DNA of 53,057 nucleotides from Sulfurospirillum sp. GTDB taxonomy: Bacteria > Campylobacterota > Campylobacteria > Campylobacterales > Sulfurospirillaceae. The stretch spans positions 1 through 53,057 of the forward strand of contig JALSLU010000082.1 of the NCBI GenBank assembly GCA_026988125.1. Direction: 5' to 3'. The position numbers and the translations under genes were made by a program. The notes under the pieces are model-generated. The model was not told the origin of the DNA. It saw only the letters and a program-made list of their open reading frames with translations, and ran no database searches. Shown here in pieces: positions 9,395 to 20,900 of the stretch (positions are counted from its first letter, which is position 1; the number at the start of each line of letters is the position of its first letter).

Positions 9395-12244
9395 TCATAG
9401 TGAAATCTCTAAATCACATTGTATCCATCTATCTCTTTTTGCACTTTTTGCTTTTATCCCTTTTACAACAACTCTCTTAGACTCAATAGAGTATCTGTTT
9501 ATTAAAGTTTCTTTTACTGCTTTTGCTCTATTTTTTGCTAGTTTTTTCAATTCGCCTTTTGTAACTTTTATCTCTTTTGATAACTTATTTTGTAATGTTT
9601 TATTAAGATTTATTATATCTACTTTCTTACCATTTTGTTTAGCTTCTTCTAGGAAGAATTTTTTTATTTTTTCAAACTCATCACCCCCAAATTTCTCTAT
9701 ATACATCTCTTTTAAAATCAAGCCATAGGTATCTATATTTTTTATCTTTTTAGCACTCTTTTGATTCATTTTTGCATCTAAAATCTCTTCTAGTTTTATT
9801 TTTTGCAGTGCTAGCTTATCAGCCTTTTGATCATATGCACCAAAAATATTCAATTTTATTTGTGGACGACTTTTTAATATTTTTTTTAAATTCTCAAACT
9901 TTTCAACTTCAGTAGAGATTATTTTATATGAGCCTTTCTCAAAATCTATTGATTTTAAATTATCTGCATCTATGCCAAGTACACTACCTAAAAATCTAAA
10001 AGGTGCTGTAACTATGCCTGTTATCATATTTCCAAGCGCCTTTAAAATTACTCCTGAGTAACTAAACTCTGGATTATTTATATCTCCACTTACTGGCAAA
10101 TCTAAATCAATTTGATCATTTGAATCTTTTAGTAATGCCAATGCCAACTCTAAAGGTAAATTCATTGCATCTTTAGACTCAACTTTTTTACCTAATGTTA
10201 ACTTATCTATGTTTATTTTATTTTCTCCAACTAACTTTGCATCTTTTATCCTGTACTTTAAATCCATAGATAATTTTCCATCTTTTATGGTATATCCTAA
10301 AAATTTTCCCGAATATGGAGTCAAAGAGCTCAAATCTATATTTTTAAATAGTAAATTTAATTCAGCATTATCCTTTATATCAAATGGATAGAGTACTCCA
10401 TCTATATTTGCGTAGCCATATTTATCAATTTTTCCATCTATTTTTAAAATAGATGGAGTTGTTGTTGCAAAGTCTAGTGTTGTAAATTTTCCATTTAAAT
10501 CGTGAATGTGTGTTTTAAATGGAAAGGGTAGTGAAAAATCACTAAAATCTGTACTTCCACCTGAAAGTTTAATTGACTCTACTCTTATGTTTAAATGCTT
10601 TTTAGTCTCTTTTGACTCTGTTTTATTGTTGTTTTTTAATAAATCATTGAAATTACTTACTCCATTTTTTGCAATATGCGCTCTTAAATATGGATTTTGA
10701 ATATAGATTGACTCAATATCAATTTTCAATGGATCTAAATTAAATTTAAACTTATTTACAGATAGATCTTTCCAGCCAATTAGCTTCTCTTTGTTTTTTA
10801 ATACATTTAAATTTTTCAGATGAGAATCAGCATCAATTTTTAATTTAAGATCTTTCTTAAAATTAACATCTATATTCGCCTCAGAAGAAAAATTGGCACT
10901 TTTTAGATCAAAATTAATGTATGTATTCAAGTAATCTCTATAGTGTGCTAAATTTAAATTATTTAGCAATACACTCAAAAATATGCTTTTTTGATCTTGA
11001 AAAAACTCTCCTTTAACCTTGAGTTTTGTTTTTTTATTTAACTCTGAATTTATATTGAATTCTATAGGTTTTTTTATGTTTGATGAAACACTCTTCACAC
11101 TTACATATAAATTTTTAAATCTACTTTCAATTGGTTTCTTAGATGATGCATCAATAAACTTAATAAAGCTATTTTTTATAGCTATATTGTTTAAATTATA
11201 TCTCCAAGCTTTTTTTGTCGTACTGCTAGAATTTTGCGAATTGGATGTTTCAAATAGTTTAACAATATCAAGTCTATACTCTTTATCCATATGTAGATTC
11301 AAAGATACTCTACTAAGTAAGATATTTTTAATTGCTAAATTCTGTTTAGGATACTCAACATCTATACCTTCCATCTTCAAATTATCAACTCTTGCTATCT
11401 CTTTTTTACTTGATCTATTTTCCAACTTAGTTTTAATCAGCTCAATATTTGCATCATCAATTTTAACTAAAAAATCATCTTTAAAACCAATTTTATAGGG
11501 TAAATACAGTGATAATCTTGATTCTTTCAGTTTTATATTTGAATTAATCTCAAAATAATCATATAGTTTTGGTAGATTTAAATTTATTAAATTTACTTCA
11601 CCATAACACTTTTTAGAAGCAATTTTAATGCCCCCTTCAATGTTTAATTCACTTATGCCATCGATTTTGGTAAAAAATCTATACCCCCCAAGCGCTCCCT
11701 TTTTGGTACTAATATCTTGAGCAATAAACCTAAAAGGAGAAAACTCAATTTTAAAATTTTCTCTTCTAAGATCGCTAAAAATTAATTTTCCATCATCTAT
11801 CTCAACTTTCTGTATTTTTATAACAAAAGGTAGTTCTTTACTTTGGGTTTTTGAGTTTTTAGAATCTGTAGTTGGTAAAATTTTACTTAAATTTAAAGCT
11901 CCATTTTTATCTATTTGGATATTAATACTTGGCAAGTTTATTTGAATATTTTTAAAAAAGATTACCCCATTAAAAAAACTAAGTGGAGAAAAATCTATCA
12001 AAACATTTTTTATATATGCTACCTCTTTATTTTTTAAATCATAAAGCTTTAAACCACTTAGATCCAATTTAAAATTATAGGGATTAAACTTAGCCTTCTT
12101 TATCTCTAAATGTATAGACTCTTTTTCTTTCAAAAGAAAAGGAAGCTTTTGAGTAACAAACCAAGGCACTATAAAAAAACCAAAAACAGTGTATAAAAAA
12201 ACTAAACAAAAAGCCAAAAATTTAAAACTTTTTAAATGTTTCAT
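9395..12244 (-). CDS. DUF748-domain protein (AsmA-like bridge-type envelope protein)
   Basis: N-terminal TM, FNPYNF, TPYSGKFLGYTIKDGKL, LALALLKD...IDLDLPVSGD..NPEF, OmpA-like tail. Confidence 0.85.
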   Translation of the reverse strand: MKHLKSFKFLAFCLVFLYTVFGFFIVPWFVTQKLPFLLKEKESIHLEIKKAKFNPYNFKLDLSGLKLYDLKNKEVAYIKNVLIDFSPLSFFNGVIFFKNIQINLPSINIQIDKNGALNLSKILPTTDSKNSKTQSKELPFVIKIQKVEIDDGKLIFSDLRRENFKIEFSPFRFIAQDISTKKGALGGYRFFTKIDGISELNIEGGIKIASKKCYGEVNLINLNLPKLYDYFEINSNIKLKESRLSLYLPYKIGFKDDFLVKIDDANIELIKTKLENRSSKKEIARVDNLKMEGIDVEYPKQNLAIKNILLSRVSLNLHMDKEYRLDIVKLFETSNSQNSSSTTKKAWRYNLNNIAIKNSFIKFIDASSKKPIESRFKNLYVSVKSVSSNIKKPIEFNINSELNKKTKLKVKGEFFQDQKSIFLSVLLNNLNLAHYRDYLNTYINFDLKSANFSSEANIDVNFKKDLKLKIDADSHLKNLNVLKNKEKLIGWKDLSVNKFKFNLDPLKIDIESIYIQNPYLRAHIAKNGVSNFNDLLKNNNKTESKETKKHLNIRVESIKLSGGSTDFSDFSLPFPFKTHIHDLNGKFTTLDFATTTPSILKIDGKIDKYGYANIDGVLYPFDIKDNAELNLLFKNIDLSSLTPYSGKFLGYTIKDGKLSMDLKYRIKDAKLVGENKINIDKLTLGKKVESKDAMNLPLELALALLKDSNDQIDLDLPVSGDINNPEFSYSGVILKALGNMITGIVTAPFRFLGSVLGIDADNLKSIDFEKGSYKIISTEVEKFENLKKILKSRPQIKLNIFGAYDQKADKLALQKIKLEEILDAKMNQKSAKKIKNIDTYGLILKEMYIEKFGGDEFEKIKKFFLEEAKQNGKKVDIINLNKTLQNKLSKEIKVTKGELKKLAKNRAKAVKETLINRYSIESKRVVVKGIKAKSAKRDRWIQCDLEISL

Positions 12245-12303
12245 AACTATTTACCACCTTGTGTTATAATTGTGTTAACTATAACATTTAAAAGGTAAAA
12301 AGT

Positions 12304-13389
12304 ATGTTAGTTCATATATGCTGCTCTGTAGATAGTCACTTTTTTTTACAAAAAATGAGAAAACTCTATCCAAATGAAAAGATAATTGGGTTTTTTTATG
12401 ATCCAAACATTCACCCTTATAGTGAGTATTACTTAAGACTTTTAGATGTTAAGAGAAGTTGTAAAAAGTTGGGTATTCCTCTTATAGAGGGAGATTATGA
12501 GTATGAAAGATGGATAAAGTATGTAGAAGGATTTGAGAATGAACCTGAAAAAGGCAAAAGATGCTCACTCTGCTTTGATAATAGGCTAGAAGCTACTGCT
12601 AAAAAAGCATTAGAATTAAAAGAGAGCAAAATTACTACAACTCTTTTAACTAGCCCCAAAAAATCCATAGAACAATTAAAACACAATGCCATAAAAATTG
12701 AAAAAAAGTATAATCTAAAATTTTTAACTCCAGATTTTAGAACAAATGGTGGAACAAACGAGCAATTTATTTTAGCAAAAAAAGATATGCTCTACCATCA
12801 AAACTATTGTGGGTGCATTTATGCTCTACAAAAACAAAGGGAGCAACAAAATAGAATCAAAGATGAATTAATAAGCCCAATAAATCATCAAATTTTACCA
12901 AACTCAATTGGATCAAGGATTGAGCTCTATAAAAAAGTTATAGATTGTGAAGAAAAAAATATAAAATTTAAACTAAGAAGAGAAAAATTTCTAAATTATA
13001 GACTTTTATGGGGATTGATAAGGCAAAAAAAGGTTGTTTTAAATAGTTATATTCTTTTTTACTCTTTAATGAAAAAAAACTTTTGTAGAGGAAAGATTGA
13101 ATATATAGAAGATGGTATAGGTTTTTTTAACAAAGAGGAAGCACTATTTATAAACATAGATAAATTTAATGAACTAGCCAATACTTCATATAAAAGTGTT
13201 ATGGAACTTATAAAGAAACCCCCTTTGGTTGAAGTAGAGATAAAAGTTAGAAACCTCCTAAATGGCGGAGCATTTTTAAATTTGAACCCCATTGTAGTTT
13301 TAGACAACATTGAGATTTTAAAGTATGAATTGATAATTAACTCTAAAATATATAGTGATGTTAGAGAAAATTTAGTAAAAATTAGATAG
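12304..13389 (+). CDS. queH: Epoxyqueuosine reductase (DUF208) with C-terminal extension
   Basis: HICCSVDS, YDPNIHPYSEY, EPEKGKRCSLC and YHQNYCGC; extended -10 at 12262-12270. Confidence 0.92.
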   Translation: MLVHICCSVDSHFFLQKMRKLYPNEKIIGFFYDPNIHPYSEYYLRLLDVKRSCKKLGIPLIEGDYEYERWIKYVEGFENEPEKGKRCSLCFDNRLEATAKKALELKESKITTTLLTSPKKSIEQLKHNAIKIEKKYNLKFLTPDFRTNGGTNEQFILAKKDMLYHQNYCGCIYALQKQREQQNRIKDELISPINHQILPNSIGSRIELYKKVIDCEEKNIKFKLRREKFLNYRLLWGLIRQKKVVLNSYILFYSLMKKNFCRGKIEYIEDGIGFFNKEEALFINIDKFNELANTSYKSVMELIKKPPLVEVEIKVRNLLNGGAFLNLNPIVVLDNIEILKYELIINSKIYSDVRENLVKIR

Positions 13390-13419
13390 AATATTAAAAT
13401 TTTTATAAAGGGCTTAAAA

Positions 13420-13869
13420 TTGATCATAGATGTTGTAGAGATTCAAAAGATTTTACCACACCGTTTTCCTTTTTTACTCATAGATAGAGTGACTAATCTT
13501 GAAGTTGGGAGTTATATAGAAGCATATAAAAATGTCACTATTGGTGAACATATTTTTCAAGGACACTTTCCGGATCACCCTATATACCCAGGAGTAATGA
13601 TAGTTGAAGGCATGGCACAGGCGGGAGGAGTTTTAGCCTTTAAAAGTGTAAGCAAGAGTGAACAAAATGCTACAAAAGATAAGGTAGTTTACTTTATGAG
13701 CATAGATAAGTGTAAATTTAGAAGTCCAGTTAAACCAGGAGATAAATTAGTTTACAAGCTACAAGTTTTAAAACACAAAGGTTCTGTTTGGGTTTTGGAT
13801 GCAAAAGCCTATGTAGATGAAAAATTAGCTTGTCAAGCTGAGCTAAAAGCTATGATAGTGGACAAATAA
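13420..13869 (+). CDS. fabZ: 3-hydroxyacyl-ACP dehydratase
   Basis: LPHRFPFLLIDR and GHFP..PIYPGVMIVEGMAQ. Confidence 0.97.
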   Translation: MIIDVVEIQKILPHRFPFLLIDRVTNLEVGSYIEAYKNVTIGEHIFQGHFPDHPIYPGVMIVEGMAQAGGVLAFKSVSKSEQNATKDKVVYFMSIDKCKFRSPVKPGDKLVYKLQVLKHKGSVWVLDAKAYVDEKLACQAELKAMIVDK

Positions 13870-13870
13870 T

Positions 13871-14653
13871 ATGCCAAAAATTCATCCAACTGCAATTGTT
13901 GAAGATGGAGCAATACTTGCCAGAGATGTTATCATAGGGGCATACAGCTTTATTTCTAAAGATGCAAAATTAGAAAGTGGTGTTGAAATCATGCAGGGAT
14001 CTCAAATATGTGGTAAAAGCTACATCGATGAAGGAACAAAGGTCTATCCACACGCCATAATAGGAATGCCACCACAAGACATTGGATATAAACTTGAAGA
14101 TGATGTCAGTGTAAAGATAGGTAAAAACTGCCACATTCGTGAGTTTGCAACTATAAACGCTGGTACAAAACATGGAGGAGGAGTTACTAGCATAGGTGAT
14201 AACTGCTTCATTATGATTTATTGTCATGTTGCTCACGATTCAAGAGTTGGTAACAATGTAATTATGGCAAACAATGCAACATTGGCTGGACATGTAGAGA
14301 TTGGTGATTTTACCGTTATAGGTGGTATGACTCCTATTCATCAATTTGTAAAAATTGGTGAGAGTTGTATGATTGGTGGTGCAAGTGCAATCAGTCAAGA
14401 TATTCCACATTTCTGCTTAGCAGAAGGAAATCGAGCAGTTGTTAGAGGATTAAATTTAGTTGGACTAAAAAGAAGATTTGAAAAAGAGAATATAAGAGCT
14501 TTACAAACTGCTTTTAAAAAACTTTTTAGAAGTGGATTGCCGATTAAGGATGTAGCAAATGAGCTACTAGCAAGCACAGATGATGACAATGTAAAAAAAC
14601 TTTGTAAATTTGTTATTGAAACAAAAAGAGGAATACCATATGAAAGAAGATAA
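13871..14653 (+). CDS. lpxA: UDP-GlcNAc O-acyltransferase
   Basis: IHPTAIVE, hexapeptide repeats, HVAHD, LAGHV and HQF. Confidence 0.97.
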   Translation: MPKIHPTAIVEDGAILARDVIIGAYSFISKDAKLESGVEIMQGSQICGKSYIDEGTKVYPHAIIGMPPQDIGYKLEDDVSVKIGKNCHIREFATINAGTKHGGGVTSIGDNCFIMIYCHVAHDSRVGNNVIMANNATLAGHVEIGDFTVIGGMTPIHQFVKIGESCMIGGASAISQDIPHFCLAEGNRAVVRGLNLVGLKRRFEKENIRALQTAFKKLFRSGLPIKDVANELLASTDDDNVKKLCKFVIETKRGIPYERR

Positions 14654-14656
14654 AAA

Positions 14657-14743
14657 ATGAATAACAATAATTTTTTAAAAAATTTAAACCCATACTTTCT
14701 TAAAGAAAGTGATGATTCTACTCCTAAAAAAGGAGAGAATTAA
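14657..14743 (+). CDS. Putative 28-aa small ORF (MNNNNFLKNLNPYFLKESDDSTPKKGEN)
   Basis: ATG 3 nt after the lpxA stop; its TAA abuts the clpX ATG in the same frame. Confidence 0.4.
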   Translation: MNNNNFLKNLNPYFLKESDDSTPKKGEN

Positions 14744-15976
14744 ATGATGAAAGAGTGTAGTTTTTGTAGAACTAAAGAGAGTTTAGAAACTAGATTAATT
14801 GCTGGTGAAGGGGTTTTTATATGTGAGCACTGTGTTGTCTCAGCATATAAAATTTTTTTTGGAGACATTGATAATGAGGAAAATACAAAAGATGAGAAAA
14901 AAAGTTTTAGTGGTGAACTTTTAGCTCCTAAAAAGTTAAAGGAGATGCTTGATAGGTATGTAATAGGTCAAGAAAATGCTAAAAAAGTTTTTTCTGTTGG
15001 CGTTTACAACCATTACAAAAGAATTTTCAAGCAGAGTGAAATTGAAGATGATACAGAGATTTCAAAATCCAATATTTTACTAATAGGACCTACAGGTAGT
15101 GGAAAAACACTAATGGCTCAAACTATCGCAAGATTTTTAGATGTTCCAATTGCCATAAGTGATGCTACAAGTTTGACCGAAGCTGGTTATGTTGGAGAGG
15201 ATGTTGAAAATATTTTAACAAGACTTATACAAGCTGCAGATGGAGATGTAAAAAGAGCCGAGCAAGGTATAGTTTTTATAGATGAAGTTGATAAAGTAGC
15301 TAGAATGAGTGAAAATCGCTCAATCACTAGAGATGTAAGTGGAGAGGGAGTTCAACAAGCTTTACTTAAAATTATAGAAGGAAGCTTAGTAAATATACCA
15401 CCAAAAGGTGGTAGGAAGCATCCTAATCAAGAGTTTATGCAGATAGATACATCAAACATACTCTTTATTTGTGGAGGAGCTTTTGATGGACTTGAGGAAA
15501 TTATAAAAAGAAGAAAAGGAAAAAATGTACTAGGTTTTGATCAAGAAAAGAGGGCAAAAAGTGATGATTCTAAGCTTCTTCAAGATGTTGAGCCTGATGA
15601 TCTTGTTCATTATGGATTGATTCCTGAATTAATTGGTCGTTTGCATGTAGTAGCAACACTTGAAGAGATTGGCGAAGATGAAATGGTTAGAATCTTAACA
15701 GAGCCTAAAAATGCAATTTTAAAACAGTATAAAAAACTCTTTGCTATAGATAATGTCGAATTGACTTTTGAAGAGGATGCTCTAAGAGAAGTTGCAAAAC
15801 TTGCTATAAAGAGAAAAACTGGTGCTAGGGGACTTAGAACAATTATGGAAGATGTTATGATAGACATAATGTATGAACTTCCAGAGCTTGTAGGATATGA
15901 AGTATTGATTACAAAAGATGTAGTTGTAAATGGTCAAAAACCACTTTACATAAAAAAAGATAAAAAAAGTGCATAA
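14744..15976 (+). CDS. clpX: ATP-dependent Clp protease ATPase subunit
   Basis: CSFC..CEHC zinc finger, [25 protein letters not shown] and LGF loops. Confidence 0.97.
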   Translation: MMKECSFCRTKESLETRLIAGEGVFICEHCVVSAYKIFFGDIDNEENTKDEKKSFSGELLAPKKLKEMLDRYVIGQENAKKVFSVGVYNHYKRIFKQSEIEDDTEISKSNILLIGPTGSGKTLMAQTIARFLDVPIAISDATSLTEAGYVGEDVENILTRLIQAADGDVKRAEQGIVFIDEVDKVARMSENRSITRDVSGEGVQQALLKIIEGSLVNIPPKGGRKHPNQEFMQIDTSNILFICGGAFDGLEEIIKRRKGKNVLGFDQEKRAKSDDSKLLQDVEPDDLVHYGLIPELIGRLHVVATLEEIGEDEMVRILTEPKNAILKQYKKLFAIDNVELTFEEDALREVAKLAIKRKTGARGLRTIMEDVMIDIMYELPELVGYEVLITKDVVVNGQKPLYIKKDKKSA

Positions 15977-15985
15977 GGGAAATAG

Positions 15986-17020
15986 ATGATTCTTGATAAC
16001 ATAATAGGATTTTTTTCAAGCGATATGAGTATAGACTTAGGGACAGCAAATACACTGGTTCTTTTAAAAGGAAAAGGTATAATTATAAATGAACCTTCAG
16101 TAGTTGCCGTACAAAGAGACAAGTATGGTAGACAAAAAATACTTGCGGTTGGAAAAGAGGCAAAAGAGATGGTTGGTAAGACTCCAGGAAACATTGAGGC
16201 AATTAGACCTATGAGGGACGGAGTTATAGCTGATTTTGACATGACTGAAAAGATGATTCGCTACTTTATTGAAAGAGCACATAGAAGAAAAAGTTTTCTT
16301 AGACCTAGAATCATAATTTGTGTCCCATATGGATTGACTCAGGTTGAAAGAAAGGCTGTTAGAGAGTCTGCTATGAGTGCTGGAGCTAGAGAAGTATTTT
16401 TAATTGAAGAGCCAATGGCTGCAGCTATTGGCGCAAATCTACCAATAAGAGATCCAAAAGGTAGCTTAGTAGTAGACATAGGGGGAGGAACCACTGAGAT
16501 TGGAGTAGTATCTCTTGGTGGTTTAGTGATTAGCAAATCAATCCGAACAGCTGGAGATAAGATGGATCTAGCAATAGTAGATTATGTCAAGAAAAAATAC
16601 AATCTACTTATAGGAGAGAGAACTGGTGAAGAGATTAAAATAGAGATTGGCTCAGCTGTACCAACAAAAGAGCCTCTTTCAATGATAGTAAAAGGAAGAG
16701 ATCAGGTTAGCGGTCTCTTAAGCAGGATAGAGCTTACTAGTGAAGATGTTAGAGATGCAATGAAAGAGCCTCTAAAAGAGATAGCTGACGCCCTTAAAGA
16801 TGTACTTGAAATAATGCCACCAGATTTAGCCGGAGACATAGTAGAAAATGGAATTGTACTAACAGGAGGTGGAGCACTAATAAGAGATTTCGATAAATAT
16901 TTGTCTGATATTGTTAAACTCCCTGTCTTTGTTGCTGAAGAGCCTCTTTTAGCAGTAGCAAAAGGAACAGGAAGGGCATTAGAAGAGATAGGACTTTTGC
17001 AACAATTAGCCAATGAATAA
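15986..17020 (+). CDS. mreB: Rod shape-determining protein
   Basis: [16 protein letters not shown] and LTGGGAL. Confidence 0.97.
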   Translation: MILDNIIGFFSSDMSIDLGTANTLVLLKGKGIIINEPSVVAVQRDKYGRQKILAVGKEAKEMVGKTPGNIEAIRPMRDGVIADFDMTEKMIRYFIERAHRRKSFLRPRIIICVPYGLTQVERKAVRESAMSAGAREVFLIEEPMAAAIGANLPIRDPKGSLVVDIGGGTTEIGVVSLGGLVISKSIRTAGDKMDLAIVDYVKKKYNLLIGERTGEEIKIEIGSAVPTKEPLSMIVKGRDQVSGLLSRIELTSEDVRDAMKEPLKEIADALKDVLEIMPPDLAGDIVENGIVLTGGGALIRDFDKYLSDIVKLPVFVAEEPLLAVAKGTGRALEEIGLLQQLANE

Positions 17021-17759
17021 ACTGAAATTTTTTTTACTGATTGTAGCTCTTTTAATTATCTCTTTGAAGTATGGCAATGATATCAGGGGTTATTTTAATA
17101 AAGTTTCAATTACAACTGTTTCACTATTTGTTGAGTATAAAAAAAATTTTTTAGAAAAAATAAATGAACATTTTTCACAAATAGAACAAATTAGAGAATT
17201 AAAAGAAGAAAATAAGAAATTAAAGGCTTCTAGTGAACTTTTAACAGCATTTGCTTCACATTTAAATGAGCTTTTAAACAAAGATGGCTTAGGTGAGTAC
17301 AATCCTAATGTAAAACTTGTAAAATCCGTTGCATTTGTAAATCTAAATGATTTTTATAAAGTTTGGATAGATTACAAAGATTTTAATAGCTCCAAAATAT
17401 ATGGACTTTTAAATAATGGAGTAAGTGCGGGAATAGTAATTTCAAATAACTCAAACCCTATGGCTCTGCTTTTGGGTGATCCCAAAGCAACTTTTTCTGT
17501 TTATGTTGGAAAAAAAAAGATACCTGGAGTAGTTATTGGTAAAAAAAAAGAGGTTTTTGTTAAATTTATCCCTTTGTGGATGAATCCAAAAGTTGGTGAT
17601 GAGGTTATAACAAGTGGATTGGATAATATTTTTTTTCCTGGAGTTAAGGTAGGCATTGTAAAAAAAGTAATAAAGGAGGAATCATCCAAAAGTGTTCTAA
17701 TAGAGCCATACTCTAAGATTAGTGTACCACTTTATTACTATATCATAGAAAAAAATTGA
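17013..17759 (+). CDS. mreC: Rod shape-determining protein
   Basis: TM plus coiled coil, [13 protein letters not shown]; follows mreB. Confidence 0.92.
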   Translation: MNKLKFFLLIVALLIISLKYGNDIRGYFNKVSITTVSLFVEYKKNFLEKINEHFSQIEQIRELKEENKKLKASSELLTAFASHLNELLNKDGLGEYNPNVKLVKSVAFVNLNDFYKVWIDYKDFNSSKIYGLLNNGVSAGIVISNNSNPMALLLGDPKATFSVYVGKKKIPGVVIGKKKEVFVKFIPLWMNPKVGDEVITSGLDNIFFPGVKVGIVKKVIKEESSKSVLIEPYSKISVPLYYYIIEKN

Positions 17760-17794
17760 ATTTAAAGCCATCTTTGGGTTTGAATTGAATTTTT

Positions 17795-17960
17795 AACCCG
17801 GATTATGCAATAGAAAACAAAAAGTAGCATCTATGCTTGTGCTTAAGGGATGTTTAGAAAATTATTGCGCCCACCTTATTGGTGGGTCAATAATTTTATG
17901 AATGTGCCTTGAGTGCAATGATAGAGGCTTTCTTGAGTTTTTTATTGTATAATCCGGGTT
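17795..17960 (+). other. 166-nt long imperfect hairpin (MITE-like element or ncRNA)
   Basis: Helices 17795-17818/17937-17960, 17837-17848/17907-17918, 17850-17856/17899-17905, 17858-17867/17888-17897 and 17869-17875/17881-17887; TTA on both flanks. Confidence 0.8.
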
Positions 17961-17983
17961 TAATGCAGTTTTAAGGATGAATT

Positions 17984-20900
17984 ATGCCAAAAAGAGAAGA
18001 TATAAAGACGATTTTATTGATAGGTTCGGGTCCTATAATCATAGGTCAAGCCTGCGAGTTTGATTATAGTGGTACTCAAAGTGTTAAAACTCTAAAAGAG
18101 TTAGACTACAGAGTTGTTTTGGTTAATTCAAACCCTGCTACAATTATGACTGACCCAGAGTTTGCAGATAGAACATACATAGAGCCTATAAATGAAGAGA
18201 TAATCGCTAAGATAATAGAAAAAGAGGGTGTTGATGCAATTTTACCTACTATGGGCGGTCAAACTGCTCTAAATGTTGCTATGAGCATGCACGATAAAGG
18301 AATGCTAAAAGGCGTAGAATTTCTAGGCGCAAATCCTGAGGCCATAAAAAAGGGTGAAGACAGGCAGGCTTTTAAAGAGGCGATGATTAAGATTGGAATG
18401 GATCTTCCAAAGAGCAGATATGCTTACAACATGGACGAAGCACTAAGTGCAGCCGAAGAGATTGGATTTCCACTTATCATTAGAGCATCTTATACACTAG
18501 CTGGTGGCGGAAGTGGAGTTGCTTACAATATCGATGAGTTTAAAGAATTGGCACTCAGTGGACTTGAAATCTCTCCAATAAGTGAAATTTTAATCGAAGA
18601 GTCACTTTTGGGCTGGAAAGAGTATGAGATGGAAGTCATAAGAGACAGAGAGGATAACTGCATAATTGTCTGCTCTATTGAAAACTTTGATCCTATGGGG
18701 GTTCATACCGGCGATAGCATAACAATAGCTCCGGCATTAACTCTAACCGATAAAGAGTACCAAAAGATGAGAAATGCCTCATTTGCAATCCTAAGAGAGA
18801 TAGGAGTAGATACCGGTGGAAGTAATGTGCAGTTTTCAGTCTGCCCGAAGACAGGTAGAATGACTGTAATCGAGATGAATCCAAGAGTTAGCAGAAGCTC
18901 AGCTCTAGCAAGTAAAGCAACAGGCTACCCCATAGCTAAAGTGGCAACTCTTTTAGCAGTTGGCTTTACTCTTGATGAGATTACAAATGACATAACAGGA
19001 ACCCCAGCTTCATTTGAGCCAGTGATTGACTATATAGTTACCAAAATTCCTCGTTTTACATTTGAAAAATTCCCAACAGCCAATAGCACTCTTGGAACTA
19101 GCATGAAGAGTGTTGGAGAGGTTATGGCGATTGGTAGAACCTTCAAAGAGTCTTTTCAAAAAGCACTCTGTTCGCTTGAGGTTGGACTTAGTGGGTTTGA
19201 TGAGATAAATTACGATGATGAAAAGCTAAAGAAAGAGATTATGCGTCCAAACGACAAGAGGATGCTATGTGTGATGGAGGCTCTTGGAAGAGGAATGAGC
19301 ATCGAAGAGCTTTATGAGTTAAGCAAGATAGACAAGTGGTATTTAAATCAATTTAGAGAGATTTTAGAACTAGAAAAAAAGCTAGATATGTATGCTCTAA
19401 GTGATGAAGAGTTACTAAGAAAGGCGAAAACTTTTGGCTTTTCAGACAAAAAGATCGCTTGGCTTATAAACAAGTATGACAATTTAGAACTAACTCAGAA
19501 TGATATATATACAGCTAGAGCTAAGCTTGGCATAGAGCTAGAGTACAATGAAGTAGATACATGTGCGGCTGAGTTTAAAGCCCTAACTCCATACCTCTAC
19601 TCAACTACAAACATAACAAAACTTCCAAAAACCGGGGTTAAAAAGAGTGACAAAAAGAGAGTTTTGATTATAGGTGGAGGACCAAATAGAATTGGACAAG
19701 GAATAGAGTTTGATTATTGCTGTGTTCATGCCTCTTATGCTTTAAGAGATATGGGAGTTGAGTCTATAATGTACAATTGTAACCCAGAGACTGTCTCGAC
19801 TGATTATGATACAAGTGATATACTCTACTTTGAGCCTATAGATTTTGAGCATGTAAGAAGTGTGGTTGAGAGAGAAAATCCTGATGGCATAATTGTTCAC
19901 TTTGGAGGACAGACCCCTCTTAAGATTGCAAAAAGACTTACTGTGATTGGTGCTAAAATCATAGGAACTAGCGCTAGAGTTATAGATGAAGCTGAAGATA
20001 GAGAGAAATTTTCAGCCTTTTTAAGAGAAAATGACTTAAAACAACCAAGAAATGCCACTGCCACAAGTGAAGAAGAAGCAATAGAGCTTGCAAGCAAGAT
20101 TGGCTACCCAGTTTTAGTTAGACCTAGCTATGTGCTTGGTGGAAGAGCTATGAGGATAGTTTACAATGAGGGTGAATTAAGAGAGTATATGAATGAAGCT
20201 GTTAGCGTCTCACACAACTCTCCAGTTCTTTTGGATGAATTTTTAGATAGGGCGATTGAGCTTGATGTAGATGCAGTTTGCGATGGCAAGGATGTTTATG
20301 TTGGTGGAATAATGCAACATATTGAAGAAGCAGGAATCCATAGTGGAGATAGTGCTTGCTCACTTCCTCCGGTTAGCCTAAGTAGTGAGTTAATCAAAAA
20401 AGTAGAAGTCCAAACAAAAAAGATAGCACTAAACTTGGGTGTTGTGGGTCTTATGAATATACAATTTGCAGTATATAGAGATGATATATATATGATTGAG
20501 GTAAATCCAAGAGCTAGTAGAACCGTTCCATTTGTATCAAAAGCTACAGGGATTCCTTTGGCAAAAGTTGCCACTAGAGTGATGTGGCAAGGAGATTTGA
20601 AAGAGGCACTTAAGTTCTATGACAAACACAATGTAGTTTATGAAGAAGATGGCATACTAAAGCCTAAGCACAAAGGGCATGTAAGCATAAAAGAGGCAGT
20701 TTTTCCTTTTAGTAAGCTAAGTGGAGCAGACCTTATTTTGGGTCCGGAGATGAAAAGTACAGGAGAGGTTATGGGCATAAGTAGTAGTTTTGAAACCTCT
20801 TTTGCAAAGTCTCAGCTAGCTTCATTTAATAAACTCCCAAGTGAGGGCAGTGTTTTTATCTCTTTGACCGATATTGACAAAGCTTATGCTAAAGAAATAG

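Noticed and set aside
17509-17551. Poly-A runs in mreC as phase-variation tracts
   Set aside because: They are in-frame Lys codons in an AT-rich core gene; I saw no long poly-G/C tracts in the window.
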